Positions 24,027 through 34,649 are shown, counted from the first letter of the stretch. The stretch: 60,693 bases of DNA from an uncultured Streptomycetaceae bacterium (GCA_964498105.1 CAZCGD010000246.1:1-60693), one strand, 5' to 3'. Numbers and translations are program-made. Notes: generated from the sequence alone by a model not told the origin.

Positions 24027-25490
24027 ATGGGAAAAGTCACCGGATTTCTCGAGCACGAGCGGGTCGAGGAGACCTACGAGGCGAAAGAACGGCGCAAACG
24101 GCACTTTCGCGAATTCATCCCGCCCCTGACCGACGAGCAGGCGAAGATCCAGGGCGCGCGTTGCATGGATTGCGGCATCCCGTTCTGCATGAGCGGCTGC
24201 CCGGTCAACAACATCATTCCCGACTGGAACGACCTCGTCTACCGGCAGGACTGGAGGGCCGCGATCGAGACGCTGCACTCGACCAACAACTTCCCGGAGT
24301 TCACCGGTCGCATCTGCCCGGCGCCGTGCGAGGAAGCGTGCGTGCTGCGCATCAACGAGGACGCGGTCGGCATCAAGTCGATCGAGCACGCAATCATCGA
24401 CAAGGCGTGGACGGAGGGCTGGGTCAAGCCGCGGCCGGCCGCGCGCAAGACCGCCAAGAAGGTGGCGGTGGTGGGCTCCGGTCCCGCGGGGCTGGCCTGC
24501 GCGCAGCAGCTCGCGCGCGCCGGTCACGAAGTCGTCGTGTTCGAGAAGAACGACCGCATCGGCGGGCTGCTGCGCTACGGCATCCCCGATTTCAAGATGG
24601 AGAAATCGCACATCGACCGGCGCATGGAGCAGATGGCCGCTGAGGGCGTATCGTTCCGCACCGGCGTCTGCGTCGGCAACCAGCGCCCCGGCAAGGGCGT
24701 GCCCGACTGGGCGACGGGGACGCTCGCGCCGGGAAAACTGCTCGCCGAGTTCGGCGCGGTGGTGCTTGCCGGCGGCGCGGAGCAGCCGCGCGATCTGCCG
24801 GTCCCGGGGCGCGAGCTCGATGGCGTGCATTTCGCGATGGAGTTCCTGCCGCTGCAGAACAAACGCGTCGCGGGCGACGCCGGCGTGCCCGACCTGTGGG
24901 CGACCGACAAGCACGTGGTGATCATCGGCGGCGGCGACACCGGCTCCGACTGCGTGGGCACATCCAACCGCCATGGCGCGAAGTCCGTTACCCAATTCGA
25001 ACTGCTGCCGATGCCGCCCGACGTGGAGCGCAACCCGGTCTGGCCGTACTGGCCGACGCGACTGCGCACCTCGTCCTCGCACGAGGAAGGCGTCAATCGC
25101 GACTGGTCGATTGCCACCAAGGCGTTCATTGGCGAAGGCGGCAAGGTGAAGGGGCTCAGGGCCATCCGCCTCCAGTGGCAGGACGGCAAGATGAGCGAGG
25201 TGCCGGGCTCCGAGTTCACGTTACCGGCCGATCTCGTGCTACTCGCAATGGGCTTCGTCTCCCCGGTCCAGTCCATGCTGGACGCGTTCGGCGTGGAGAG
25301 GGACGCGCGCGGCAACGCCAGGGCAACCACCGACGGGAATGGCTGTTACGCCACGTCGGCGCCTAAGGTATACGCCGCTGGCGACGTGCGCCGCGGGCAG
25401 TCGCTCGTGGTGTGGGCGATCCGCGAGGGACGCCAGTGCGCGCGCGCGGTGGACGAGTTCCTTATGGGGTCTTCCGAGCTGCCGCGCTGA
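24027..25490 (+). CDS. gltD: Glutamate synthase (NADPH) small subunit
   Basis: Cys clusters CMDCGIPFC and CPAPCE, dinucleotide fold [12 protein letters not shown]. Directly follows gltB. Confidence 0.93.
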   Translation: MGKVTGFLEHERVEETYEAKERRKRHFREFIPPLTDEQAKIQGARCMDCGIPFCMSGCPVNNIIPDWNDLVYRQDWRAAIETLHSTNNFPEFTGRICPAPCEEACVLRINEDAVGIKSIEHAIIDKAWTEGWVKPRPAARKTAKKVAVVGSGPAGLACAQQLARAGHEVVVFEKNDRIGGLLRYGIPDFKMEKSHIDRRMEQMAAEGVSFRTGVCVGNQRPGKGVPDWATGTLAPGKLLAEFGAVVLAGGAEQPRDLPVPGRELDGVHFAMEFLPLQNKRVAGDAGVPDLWATDKHVVIIGGGDTGSDCVGTSNRHGAKSVTQFELLPMPPDVERNPVWPYWPTRLRTSSSHEEGVNRDWSIATKAFIGEGGKVKGLRAIRLQWQDGKMSEVPGSEFTLPADLVLLAMGFVSPVQSMLDAFGVERDARGNARATTDGNGCYATSAPKVYAAGDVRRGQSLVVWAIREGRQCARAVDEFLMGSSELPR

Positions 25491-25498
25491 ATTCTTCA

Positions 25499-25566
25499 CC
25501 GCGGAGGCGCTGAGACGCAGAGAACTATATGATTCGTTTTTCCTCTGCGCCTTTGCGTCTCTGCGG
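25499..25566 (+). repeat. Hairpin with arms of three tandem octamers (NCGCNGAG / CTYTGCGN) filling the gltD-hemE spacer
   Basis: 25499-25522 pairs with 25543-25566. Hand pairing on the plus-strand RNA gives 19 Watson-Crick, 3 G:U and 2 mismatches. Confidence 0.5.
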
Positions 25567-25569
25567 TTA

Positions 25570-26631
25570 ATGACACGACTCAAGAATGACACGCTGATCC
25601 GGGCGCTGCTCAGGCAGCCGACACCCCGCACACCGGTCTGGCTCATGCGCCAGGCCGGCCGCTACCTGCCCGAGTACAACGCAACGCGCGCGCGCGCCGG
25701 CAGTTTTCTCGCGCTCGCCAAGAACCCCGCCCTGGCGACCGAAGTGACGTTGCAACCGCTCGCGCGCTTTGCGCTCGATGCCGCCATTGTGTTCTCCGAC
25801 ATCCTTACCATCCCCGACGCGATGGGTCTGGGGCTCGCGTTCACCGAGGGCGAGGGACCGCGCTTCGAGCGGCCGCTGCGTGAGGAACGTGACATCCGCA
25901 GCCTGACGGTGCCCGACCCGGGCGGCCCGCTGCGCTACGTCATGGATACCGTGAGCGAAGTGCGCCGGGCGCTGGCGGGCAGCGTGCCGCTGATCGGGTT
26001 TTCGGGTAGTCCGTTCACCCTCGCCTGCTACATGATTGAAGGGCGCGGCAGCGAGGACTTCAGCACCGTGAAGAGCATGTTGCGCGACCGCCCGGACCTG
26101 TTGCATCACATACTGGAGGTCAACTGTCGCGCAGTAAGCGCTTACCTCAACGCGCAGATCGAGGCGGGCGCCCAGGCACTGATGCTGTTCGACACCTGGG
26201 GCGGGATGCTGACGACGGCCGGATTTCACGAGTTTTCGCTACCCTACATGCAGCGGGTGGTAGCGGAACTGAAACGCGAGCGCGACGGCGAGCGCGTGCC
26301 GAGCATCCTCTTCACCAAGGGCGGCGGCGCGTGGCTCGAAGCGATCGCAGCGAGCGGCTGCGATGCCGTCAGCGTGGACTGGACGGTGGATCTCGGCGCA
26401 GCGCGGCAGCGCGTCGGCGAGCGTGTCGCCGTGCAGGGAAATCTCGATCCCGCGGTGCTGCTCGAAGGTCCGGCCGCGGTTCGCGAGGGCGTGGCGGCGG
26501 CACTGTCGGCCTACGGTCGCGGTTCCGGTCACGTTTTCAATTTGGGTCACGGCATTTCCCAGTTCACTCCCGTGGAAAACGTGGGCGTGGTGGTGAACGC
26601 GGTGCACGAATTGAGCCCGGCCTATCACTGA
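25570..26631 (+). CDS. hemE: Uroporphyrinogen decarboxylase
   Basis: From ATG 25570: [29 protein letters not shown] signature. The ORF-track start at 25339 lies inside gltD. Confidence 0.93.
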   Translation: MTRLKNDTLIRALLRQPTPRTPVWLMRQAGRYLPEYNATRARAGSFLALAKNPALATEVTLQPLARFALDAAIVFSDILTIPDAMGLGLAFTEGEGPRFERPLREERDIRSLTVPDPGGPLRYVMDTVSEVRRALAGSVPLIGFSGSPFTLACYMIEGRGSEDFSTVKSMLRDRPDLLHHILEVNCRAVSAYLNAQIEAGAQALMLFDTWGGMLTTAGFHEFSLPYMQRVVAELKRERDGERVPSILFTKGGGAWLEAIAASGCDAVSVDWTVDLGAARQRVGERVAVQGNLDPAVLLEGPAAVREGVAAALSAYGRGSGHVFNLGHGISQFTPVENVGVVVNAVHELSPAYH

Positions 26632-26833
26632 AAACCCGCGCCAGTCGTGGCTTTACGGGCAGTGGCCGGCGGACTTATGCACATCGCCACGGCGGCTGTG
26701 GCGCGGGCGTGGGAGTGCCGGGAGCGCCCTCGGAAACATCAGGAAGTAGTTGATTTATAAGGTACTTTAATGTTTCCCCTGACACCGGATGGCGCGCGCG
26801 TCTGCCCCTTGGGCGGCGGCTCTATCAACATAG

Positions 26834-26842
26834 TTATCCACA
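26834..26842 (+). promoter_or_regulatory. Perfect DnaA-box consensus TTATCCACA upstream of priA
   Basis: Exact 9-mer match. It lies in the loop of the 8-bp inverted repeat TATCAACA (26823-26830) / TGTTGATA (26849-26856). Confidence 0.4.
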
Positions 26843-26961
26843 ACCCCGTGTTGATAAGACAAAAATCTGTTTTTGATACAACGGCTGGCGACGATACGCA
26901 GAAGCGGCTTCAGCATGTTTGAGCCGCATCGGCTTCCTGAATGGCACAAGGTTGCGCCAGC

Positions 26962-29142
26962 ATGAGCATCCTGCGCGTTGCTCTCGACGTTCCGGTTGCC
27001 ACGCTGTTCGATTACAGCGCGCCCGACGCCACCGCTGCCGACACCGGCCGCCGCGTGCTGGTGCCCTTCGGAAAAAAACAGGCGGTCGGCATCATCATCG
27101 AGGTTACCCATTCCAGTGAAGTCCCTGCCGCGCGCCTGAAAACCGCGCTGCGCGTGCTGCGCGACTTGCCGCCGCTCGTGGACGAGGACCTGCAACTGAT
27201 GCGCTTCGCCGCCGACTACTACCGCCACCCCCTGGGGGCGGTGGTGATGAGCGCGCTGCCGACGCGCCTGCGTCGTTTCGCCGATCCGCCGACGCCGCGC
27301 GAGCGCGGAACCTATCTCCTCACCGCTGCCGGGATGGCGCTCGAGATCGCTGCGCTGCCGCCGCGCGCTCATGTACAGCGCCGCCTGCTGGAACGCCTGC
27401 GGCAGGGAGCGTTGGGACACGCCGAGGCGAGAACCCGGTTTCCCAGGGCGCAGCTGCTGCTCCAGCAGTTCGTCGCCCGCGGCTGGATTCAGGCCCGGGA
27501 AATGGCGGCAGGCGAATCGCTGTTGCCGGCCGCCACGCCCGCCCCCGAGCTCAACGCTGAACAGGCGCGGGCCGTGTCCGAGATCTGCGCCGAGCTTGGC
27601 AGCTTCCGGCCGTTTCTCCTGCTCGGGGTCACCGGCAGCGGCAAGACCGAGGTTTACCTGCACGCTATCGGTGCGGCGCTCGCGGCGGGCCGGCAGGCGC
27701 TGCTGCTGGTACCCGAAATTGCGCTCACGCCACAGCTGGAAGCGCTGGTCGAGTGCCGTTTTCCGCGTACCCGCACCGTCACACTGCACAGCGGCCTTTC
27801 TGAAACGGAGCGCCTGGAGCACTGGCGGGCGGCCCGCGACGGCCGCGCCCGCATCGTGCTCGGCACGCGGCTCGCGGTGTTCGCCCCGCTGCCGGACCTC
27901 GGCCTGATCGTGGTGGATGAGGAACAGGACAGCTCGTTCAAGCAGGGCGAAGGTTTCCGCTACTCGGCGCGCGATCTGGCCGTGGTGCGGGCCCGGCAGC
28001 GCGGCGTGCCGGTGGTGCTGGGCTCGGCCACCCCCGCGCTCGAGACCTTTCACAACGCGGCCAGCGGGCGTTACGCGCAGCTCATCCTGTCGAGTCGCAT
28101 CGGCGCCCCCCCGCCGCGCATCACCTGCATCGACACCCGCGGCGACCCACTCGCCGACGGGCTGTCGGGGCGCCTGTTGACTGCCTTGCGCGAGCGCGTC
28201 GCGGGCAACGAACAGGCGCTGGTGTTTATCAATCGCCGGGGTTATGCGCCGGTCCTGATGTGTCGATCCTGCGGCTGGCTCTCAGGCTGCCATCGCTGCT
28301 CGGCGCAGCTGGTGCTGCACCTGCCCGAGCGCCGCCTGCACTGCCACCATTGCGGCCACGTTGCCCTTCCTCCCATTGCCTGCCCCGACTGCGGCAACCC
28401 TGATCTGGCGCCGGTCGGACACGGCACGCAGCGCGTGGAGGAGGCGTTGGTGCGGCAGCTGCCGGGGGCGCGCATCCTGCGCATTGACCGCGATTCCACG
28501 CGCCGGCGTCGCGCCTGGGCCGGCATGCGCAAGCGCATCCAGGAGCGGGACATCGATATTCTGGTCGGCACCCAGATCCTGGCCAAGGGCCATGATTTCC
28601 CGCATCTCAACCTGGTTGGCGTCCTCAACGCCGACAGCCAACTCTACAGCAGCGATTTCCGCGCGGGCGAGCGGCTGTTTGCCCTGCTCACGCAAGTCGC
28701 CGGCCGCGCCGGCCGCGGCGGCACTCAGGGCGAAGTGCTGATCCAGACCGAATTCCCGCACCACCCGCTGTACGCGGCGCTGCGGCAGCAGGACTACCGT
28801 GCCTACGCCGAAGCCGCGCTCACCGAGCGCCGGCAGGCCGGCTTCCCGCCATTCGTCCACCAGGCCCTGCTGCGGGCCGAGGCGCCGCGCCTCGCGACCG
28901 CGCTCGAGTATCTGGCCGGCGCCGCGCGCATGGCGAGGACGATAGACGCGGGTGTGACCCTCTACGACCCGGTGCCGGCGGCGCTGCCGCGAAGGGCCGG
29001 GCGCGAGCGCGCGCAACTCCTGGTGCAGTCGGACTCGCGGCAGCGGCTACGCGACTTTCTGGGCGCGTGGCACGCCGCCCTGGTGCAGGCGCGCGCGACA
29101 CCTGCCCGCTGGTCGCTCGACGTCGACCCGCTGGAGTTCTGA
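26962..29142 (+). CDS. priA: Primosomal replication-restart helicase PriA
   Basis: Walker A GVTGSGKTEVY, DEEQD box, Cys-rich zinc region (CRSCGW..CHRC..CHHCG..CPDCG). ATG 26962 preferred; the alternative is 26941. Confidence 0.9.
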   Translation: MSILRVALDVPVATLFDYSAPDATAADTGRRVLVPFGKKQAVGIIIEVTHSSEVPAARLKTALRVLRDLPPLVDEDLQLMRFAADYYRHPLGAVVMSALPTRLRRFADPPTPRERGTYLLTAAGMALEIAALPPRAHVQRRLLERLRQGALGHAEARTRFPRAQLLLQQFVARGWIQAREMAAGESLLPAATPAPELNAEQARAVSEICAELGSFRPFLLLGVTGSGKTEVYLHAIGAALAAGRQALLLVPEIALTPQLEALVECRFPRTRTVTLHSGLSETERLEHWRAARDGRARIVLGTRLAVFAPLPDLGLIVVDEEQDSSFKQGEGFRYSARDLAVVRARQRGVPVVLGSATPALETFHNAASGRYAQLILSSRIGAPPPRITCIDTRGDPLADGLSGRLLTALRERVAGNEQALVFINRRGYAPVLMCRSCGWLSGCHRCSAQLVLHLPERRLHCHHCGHVALPPIACPDCGNPDLAPVGHGTQRVEEALVRQLPGARILRIDRDSTRRRRAWAGMRKRIQERDIDILVGTQILAKGHDFPHLNLVGVLNADSQLYSSDFRAGERLFALLTQVAGRAGRGGTQGEVLIQTEFPHHPLYAALRQQDYRAYAEAALTERRQAGFPPFVHQALLRAEAPRLATALEYLAGAARMARTIDAGVTLYDPVPAALPRRAGRERAQLLVQSDSRQRLRDFLGAWHAALVQARATPARWSLDVDPLEF

Positions 29143-29180
29143 GGTCGCTTATAATAAGCCGCTTTTTCGACCCCCCCTAG

Positions 29181-30911
29181 ATGCCTGCCCCCGCTGCTCC
29201 CGATCTGAGAACGCACCTCTCGAGCCTGTTCGAGGAAGCGATCCGGAAAGTAGCGCCCGCTCTGCCCGCGTCTCCCGGCATCGTCCTGGAGACGCCGCGG
29301 CAGTCCGCGCACGGCGATTACGCGTGCACGGTCGCGCTGCAACTGGCGAAACTTCTCAAGCGCCCGCCGCGCGAAATCGCGGCCCAGCTGGTTGCGGCGC
29401 TGCCAGCTTCGCAGTACCTGGAGAAGGCCGAAATCGCCGGGGCGGGCTTCATCAACCTGTTCCTGAAGCGCTCGCTCAAGCAACAGCTTGTTAACCGCGT
29501 CCTCGCGACCGGCGCGGCTTATGGGACCAGCGAGTTCGGCCGGCGCAAGAAGGTCCAGGTCGAGTTCGTCTCGGCCAATCCCACCGGCCCGTTGCACGTG
29601 GGCCACGGGCGCGGCGCCGCGTATGGGGCGAGCCTTGCCAACGTGCTCGCTGCGGCCGGTTTCGAAGTCAGCCGCGAGTACTACGTCAACGACGCCGGCC
29701 GGCAGATGGACATCCTGGCACTCTCGACCTGGCTGCGCTACCTGGAAGCCTGCGGCGTCGCGGTCGCGTTTCCCGCCAACGCCTACCAGGGCGAGTACGT
29801 GCGCGACATGGCGCGCAGGCTGCGTGACCGGCACCAGGCCCGTCTCCAGCGCGACGCCCCCGCCGTAACCGCCGCGGACGAGGAGGCAAAGCTCGACGCG
29901 CTGATTGCCGCCGCAAAATCTGCGCTCGGCGCCGATTACGAGGTAGTGCACGGTTTTGCCCTGAACGAGCAGCTTGCCGATTGCCGCGAGGATCTGGCGG
30001 AGTTCGGCGTCGCCTTCGACCATTGGTTCTCCGAGCGTTCGCTGTACGACTCGGGACGGGTCGAACAGGCCATCAACCTGCTCGAGGAACGGGGCCACGT
30101 CTTCACGCAAGGCGGCGCCCGATGGTTCCGTTCCAGCGCTTTCGGCGACGAAAAGGACCGCGTGGTACTACGCGAGAACGGTCAGCACACCTATTTTGCG
30201 TCCGACATCGCCTATCACTTCGACAAGTTCAAGCGTGGTTTCGATCTCGTAATCGACGTGTGGGGGGCGGACCACCATGGTTACATTCAGCGGGTGAAAG
30301 GCGCGCTGACCGCGCTCGGCCTGAACGCGGAGCAGCTCACCATCGCGCTGGTGCAGTTCGCCGTGCTCTACCGCGGCGGACAGAAAGTCGCGATGTCAAC
30401 GCGTGCCGGCGAGTTTGTAACGCTGCGCGAGTTGCGACGCGAGGTCGGCAACGACGCAGCGCGCTTCTTCTACGTGCTGCGCAAAGGCGACCAGCATCTC
30501 GACTTCGACCTCGACCTTGCCAAATCGCAGAGCAACGACAACCCCGTCTATTACGTGCAGTATGCCCATGCCCGGGTCTGCAGCCTGCTCGAACAATGGG
30601 GTGGCGACGCCGCCGGCCTCGCCGTCGCCGACACGGCCGCGCTCGAGTCGGAGCAGGAGCTCACGCTGCTCTCCCGCCTGATGGAATACCCGGAGGTGGT
30701 GGAGAGCGCCGCACGCGACCTGTCACCGCACGCAATCGCGTTCTACCTGAGAGCGCTGGCGGCGGACTTCCACAGCTATTACAACGCCACGCGCCTGCTG
30801 GTGGAAGACGAGAAGGTGAAGCGCGCGCGGCTGGCGCTTGCCGCCGCGGTGCGCCAGGTGTTGCGCAACGGGCTCGCGCTGCTGGGTGTGTCGGCGCCGG
30901 ATAAAATGTAA
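29181..30911 (+). CDS. argS: Arginine--tRNA ligase
   Basis: SANPTGPLHVGHGR (HIGH region), MSTR (KMSKS-like) and a C-terminal anticodon-binding domain. 576 aa. Confidence 0.95.
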   Translation: MPAPAAPDLRTHLSSLFEEAIRKVAPALPASPGIVLETPRQSAHGDYACTVALQLAKLLKRPPREIAAQLVAALPASQYLEKAEIAGAGFINLFLKRSLKQQLVNRVLATGAAYGTSEFGRRKKVQVEFVSANPTGPLHVGHGRGAAYGASLANVLAAAGFEVSREYYVNDAGRQMDILALSTWLRYLEACGVAVAFPANAYQGEYVRDMARRLRDRHQARLQRDAPAVTAADEEAKLDALIAAAKSALGADYEVVHGFALNEQLADCREDLAEFGVAFDHWFSERSLYDSGRVEQAINLLEERGHVFTQGGARWFRSSAFGDEKDRVVLRENGQHTYFASDIAYHFDKFKRGFDLVIDVWGADHHGYIQRVKGALTALGLNAEQLTIALVQFAVLYRGGQKVAMSTRAGEFVTLRELRREVGNDAARFFYVLRKGDQHLDFDLDLAKSQSNDNPVYYVQYAHARVCSLLEQWGGDAAGLAVADTAALESEQELTLLSRLMEYPEVVESAARDLSPHAIAFYLRALAADFHSYYNATRLLVEDEKVKRARLALAAAVRQVLRNGLALLGVSAPDKM

Positions 30912-30922
30912 GATAGCCCCCC

Positions 30923-31480
30923 ATGTCAAAGGACTACAAGGTGCAAGATTCGAAACCGCGTGGCAGCGGCAGTTCCTTGCTGATCGGGATCCTGATCGGG
31001 CTGGTGCTGGGACTCGGCATCGCGCTGGGTATCGCCTGGTACATCAATAAAATGCCCAATCCGTTCGCCACCCGCATCCCGCCCATGAAAACCGAGCCGG
31101 CGCCGGCGAAGAGCGAGGACAAGAAAGCCGGCGCGCCCGAGGGCAAGCCGCGCTTCGATTTCTACAAGATACTGCCGGGCGCCGACGAGCCCACCCCTGC
31201 CAAGCAGGGCCGGGAAACGCAAAAAAAGCCGGCGGCGGCCAAAGAGACCTTCTTCCTGCAGGCGGGAGCGTTCCAGAATGCGCCGGACGCGGACAACCTC
31301 AAGGTGCGCCTGGCGCTGCTCGGCGTCGAGGCCACGATACAGACCACGACCCTGCCGGACAAGGGCGTGTGGCACCGCGTGCGCGTGGGGCCCTACACCA
31401 GCGTCGAGGAACTGAACCGCACGCGTGACACTCTGAAGCAGAACGGCGTCGAGACCGCACTGATCAAGATGCGGGAATAG
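30923..31480 (+). CDS. SPOR-domain (peptidoglycan-binding) membrane protein
   Basis: N-terminal TM helix, Pro/Lys-rich linker, C-terminal SPOR-like FFLQAGAF...WHRVRVGPY. Confidence 0.8.
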   Translation: MSKDYKVQDSKPRGSGSSLLIGILIGLVLGLGIALGIAWYINKMPNPFATRIPPMKTEPAPAKSEDKKAGAPEGKPRFDFYKILPGADEPTPAKQGRETQKKPAAAKETFFLQAGAFQNAPDADNLKVRLALLGVEATIQTTTLPDKGVWHRVRVGPYTSVEELNRTRDTLKQNGVETALIKMRE

Positions 31481-31511
31481 CGCCCTGATCGTTCATTTTT
31501 ACGGAGACGGA

Positions 31512-32162
31512 ATGAAGCTACTCGGATCGTATGGGCGACTTGCGGCTTGCTTTTTCGCGCTCACCTTGAGCGCCGGCGCCTCGGCACAGCTGGCGCCGGG
31601 CAAGGACTATCAGCTGATCAACCCGCCCCGGCCCACCGACAGCGGCAAGAAGGTCGAAGTCATCGAGTTTTTCTACTACGGCTGCGGGGGCTGCAACAGC
31701 CTGCAGCCCTCGTTAAGGGACTGGCTCAAGAAGAAGCCGGCGGATGTCGAATTCCGGCGCGCGCCGGCGGTACTCGACAACAACGCGTGGATCCCGCTGA
31801 CTTGGGCCTACCACACGTTCGACGTGATGGGGCTGCTGGACAAGCTGCACTACAAAGTGTTCGCCGCCATCCACGAGCAGCGCGTGCGGCTGGCCGACCA
31901 GAAAGTGTTGTTCGACTGGGTGGCCAAGCAGGGCGTGGACCAGAAGCAGTTCACGGATACCTACAATTCCTTCGGCGTAAAAAGCCGCGGCATGCGCTCG
32001 ATCGAGATGGCGCGCGATTACGACGTTTCCAGCACGCCGACGCTGGTGGTGGACGGCAAGTACCTTACGACACCGGCCATGGCCGGCAGCTACGAGCGCT
32101 ACTTCCAGGTGCTTGATCAGGTGATCGCCATGGCGCGCAAGGAGCGCGCCGCGAAGAAGTAG
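31512..32162 (+). CDS. dsbA: DsbA-family thiol:disulfide oxidoreductase with an atypical CGGC active site
   Basis: Signal peptide, VIEFFYYGCGGCNSLQP, DsbA-like C-terminal TPTLVVDGKY. Confidence 0.8.
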   Translation: MKLLGSYGRLAACFFALTLSAGASAQLAPGKDYQLINPPRPTDSGKKVEVIEFFYYGCGGCNSLQPSLRDWLKKKPADVEFRRAPAVLDNNAWIPLTWAYHTFDVMGLLDKLHYKVFAAIHEQRVRLADQKVLFDWVAKQGVDQKQFTDTYNSFGVKSRGMRSIEMARDYDVSSTPTLVVDGKYLTTPAMAGSYERYFQVLDQVIAMARKERAAKK

Positions 32163-32171
32163 GCAGCAGTC

Positions 32172-32804
32172 GTGCGCGCCGCCCTTGCACTCCTCGCTCT
32201 CGCGTGTTTGGCGGGCACTTCGTACGCGCAGGACATCCGCGCCCGCCAGAACATCGAATACCGGCTGATCGCGCCGCAGCCGGTCGAAACGGGCGACAAG
32301 ATAGAGGTCATCGAGTTTTTCTTGTACGGCTGCCCGCACTGCAATGATTTTCAGCCGTCGCTGGAAAGCTGGGCGAAGCGCAAGCCCGCCGACGTCGTCT
32401 TGCGCCGCGTTCCCGCCGTATTCAGGGTCAGCTGGGCGCCGCACGCGCGTATCTACTACACCCTCGAGCAGCTGGGCGAGGTGGAGCGGCTGCATCAGAA
32501 GGTTTATTTCAGCTACCACGTCGAGGAGCTGTCTATGAGCAAGCCCGACGTGATGGAGCGGTGGGCGGCCGCCAACGGCATAGACCGCGAGCGCTGGCGC
32601 AAGTCCTACTCTTCTCCCGAGGTTGACGCCGGAGTCGAGAACGCCATGCGGCAGACCGAGGCTTATTCTTTGCAAGGCACCCCGTCGGTGGTGGTGGACG
32701 GCCGTTACCTGACCTCGTCCTCCATGGCTTCCAGCTACCCCGAGATGGTCCAGATACTGGAGGAGCTGATCCGCATCGCGCGCCGGACGCGAACCGGGGG
32801 CTAG
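32172..32804 (+). CDS. dsbA: DsbA-family thiol:disulfide oxidoreductase with the canonical CPHC active site
   Basis: Signal peptide, VIEFFLYGCPHCNDFQP, GTPSVVVDGRY. GTG start. Confidence 0.8.
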   Translation: MRAALALLALACLAGTSYAQDIRARQNIEYRLIAPQPVETGDKIEVIEFFLYGCPHCNDFQPSLESWAKRKPADVVLRRVPAVFRVSWAPHARIYYTLEQLGEVERLHQKVYFSYHVEELSMSKPDVMERWAAANGIDRERWRKSYSSPEVDAGVENAMRQTEAYSLQGTPSVVVDGRYLTSSSMASSYPEMVQILEELIRIARRTRTGG

Positions 32805-34649
32805 CTACTCCACCGTCACCGATTTCGCGAGATTTCTGGGTTTGTCCACGTCCGTGCCGCGCAGCACCGCGACGTGATAGGCGAGCAACTGCAGCGGGAT
32901 CACGTGCAGGATGGGCGACAGCGGCCCGGCGTGGTCACCCAGCTGGATCACGTGCACGCCCTCGCTCGCGGCCACGCCGGCATCGCGATCCGCGAACACA
33001 TAGAGTTCCCCGCCGCGGGCGCGCACTTCCTGGAGGTTTGATTTCAGCTTCTCCAGCAGTTGGTCGTTGGGGGCCACTGCTACCACCGGCATGTCCGCGT
33101 CCACCAGCGCGAGCGGACCGTGCTTGAGTTCCCCGGCTGCGTAGGCTTCAGCGTGGATGTAGGAGATTTCCTTGAGCTTCAACGCGCCTTCCATCGCGAT
33201 CGGGAAATGCACGCCGCGTCCAAGGAACAGCGCGTGCTGCTTCGCCTGGAACCGCCGCGCCCAGTCGCGCACCTGCGGCTCCACCGCCAGCACGGACTCC
33301 ATCGCGCGCGGCAAATGGCGCAGTTGCGCGATCAATGCCGCCTCGCGCTCGGGCGACAACCGCTGCCGCAGTTTGGCGAGCACCAGCGTGAGAACGAACA
33401 ATGCGGCAAGCTGGGTGGTAAACGCCTTGGTCGAGGCGACCCCGATCTCGGGGCCGGCGCGCGTCAGAAAACGCAGCGTCGACTGCCGCATGAGGGATGA
33501 TTCGGGCGCATTGCAGATCGTGAGCGTGTCGCCGAGTCCGCGTGCCTGCGCATGCTTCAACGCCGCGATCGTGTCCGCGGTCTCGCCCGACTGCGAGATC
33601 GTGACGACCAGGGTCCCGGGCTGCAGCACCGGCTCGCGGTAGCGGAATTCGCTGGCGATCTCAACTGCCACCGGCAGGCCGGCAATCGCTTCCAGCCAGT
33701 AACGCGCCACCAGTCCCGCGTGCAGGCTGGTGCCGCAGGCGAGCACCAGGAGCTGGCGGGTCCGGCCGAAGAGTTCCTGCGCCCCGGCTCCGAACAGGTT
33801 GGGTGTAAGGGATTGAGCGTTCGCCACCATCTCGAGCGTATTGGCGGCGGCGCCCGGCTGCTCGAAGATCTCCTTCTGCATGTAGTGCGCGTAGGGTCCG
33901 CGCTCGACCGCGTCCGCAGCGAGCTCGCTGCGGCTCACCGCGCGCCGGGCGAGCTGTCCGTCCGCGCCGCAGATGGTGATGCCGTTCGGGCGCACTTCGA
34001 CGACGTCGCCGTCCTCGAGATAGATGACGTCGCGCGTTCGCGGCACCAGCGCGCTCGCGTCGGAGGCGAGAAAGTTCTCGCCATCGCCGAGGCCTACCAG
34101 CAGCGGCGAGCCCTGGCGAGCGCCGACCACGGTATGCGGTTCCCGGCTGGAAATGAAGCCGACGGCATAGGCGCCCTGCCACTCGCGGCTCGCCGCCTTG
34201 ACGGCTTCGTAGAGCGACCGGCCGCCGGCAACCAGGGAGTGCACGTGGTGCACCATGACCTCGGTATCGGTTTCCGACGAAAAGCTGTAACCGGAAGCCT
34301 TCATGCGCGTGCGTATCGGTTCGTGGTTCTCGACTATGCCGTTGTGGACGACGCCGATTTCGAGGTCGCCGCGCGAGGAGAAATGCGGATGCGCGTTCGC
34401 TTCCGTCGGCGCGCCGTGCGTCGCCCAGCGCGTATGGGTGAGGCCGGTCCTCGCCTGCACGCCCTTGCCGCGCACGAGTTCGTCGAGGTGGGCGACGCGC
34501 CCGGTCGAGCGCAGACGCTCGAGCCTGCCGTCCTGGTTGACGAAGGCGATCCCGGTCGAGTCGTAGCCGCGGTACTCCAGCTTGCGGATGCCCTCGATCA
34601 GCAGGTCCACCACGTTGCGCGTGGACGCCGCACAGACTATGCCGCACAT
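32805..34649 (-). CDS. glmS: Glutamine--fructose-6-phosphate aminotransferase
   Basis: MCGIV N-terminal nucleophile, two SIS domains, C-terminal KSVTVE. 614 aa. Confidence 0.95.
   Translation of the reverse strand: MCGIVCAASTRNVVDLLIEGIRKLEYRGYDSTGIAFVNQDGRLERLRSTGRVAHLDELVRGKGVQARTGLTHTRWATHGAPTEANAHPHFSSRGDLEIGVVHNGIVENHEPIRTRMKASGYSFSSETDTEVMVHHVHSLVAGGRSLYEAVKAASREWQGAYAVGFISSREPHTVVGARQGSPLLVGLGDGENFLASDASALVPRTRDVIYLEDGDVVEVRPNGITICGADGQLARRAVSRSELAADAVERGPYAHYMQKEIFEQPGAAANTLEMVANAQSLTPNLFGAGAQELFGRTRQLLVLACGTSLHAGLVARYWLEAIAGLPVAVEIASEFRYREPVLQPGTLVVTISQSGETADTIAALKHAQARGLGDTLTICNAPESSLMRQSTLRFLTRAGPEIGVASTKAFTTQLAALFVLTLVLAKLRQRLSPEREAALIAQLRHLPRAMESVLAVEPQVRDWARRFQAKQHALFLGRGVHFPIAMEGALKLKEISYIHAEAYAAGELKHGPLALVDADMPVVAVAPNDQLLEKLKSNLQEVRARGGELYVFADRDAGVAASEGVHVIQLGDHAGPLSPILHVIPLQLLAYHVAVLRGTDVDKPRNLAKSVTVE

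Noticed and set aside
29150-29165. TATAAT hexamer within the small palindrome GCTTATAATAAGC in the priA-argS spacer, as a possible argS promoter.
   Set aside because: There is no acceptable -35 or extended -10 at the correct spacing. The spacer is only 38 nt, so co-transcription with priA is equally likely. There is not enough support to call it.
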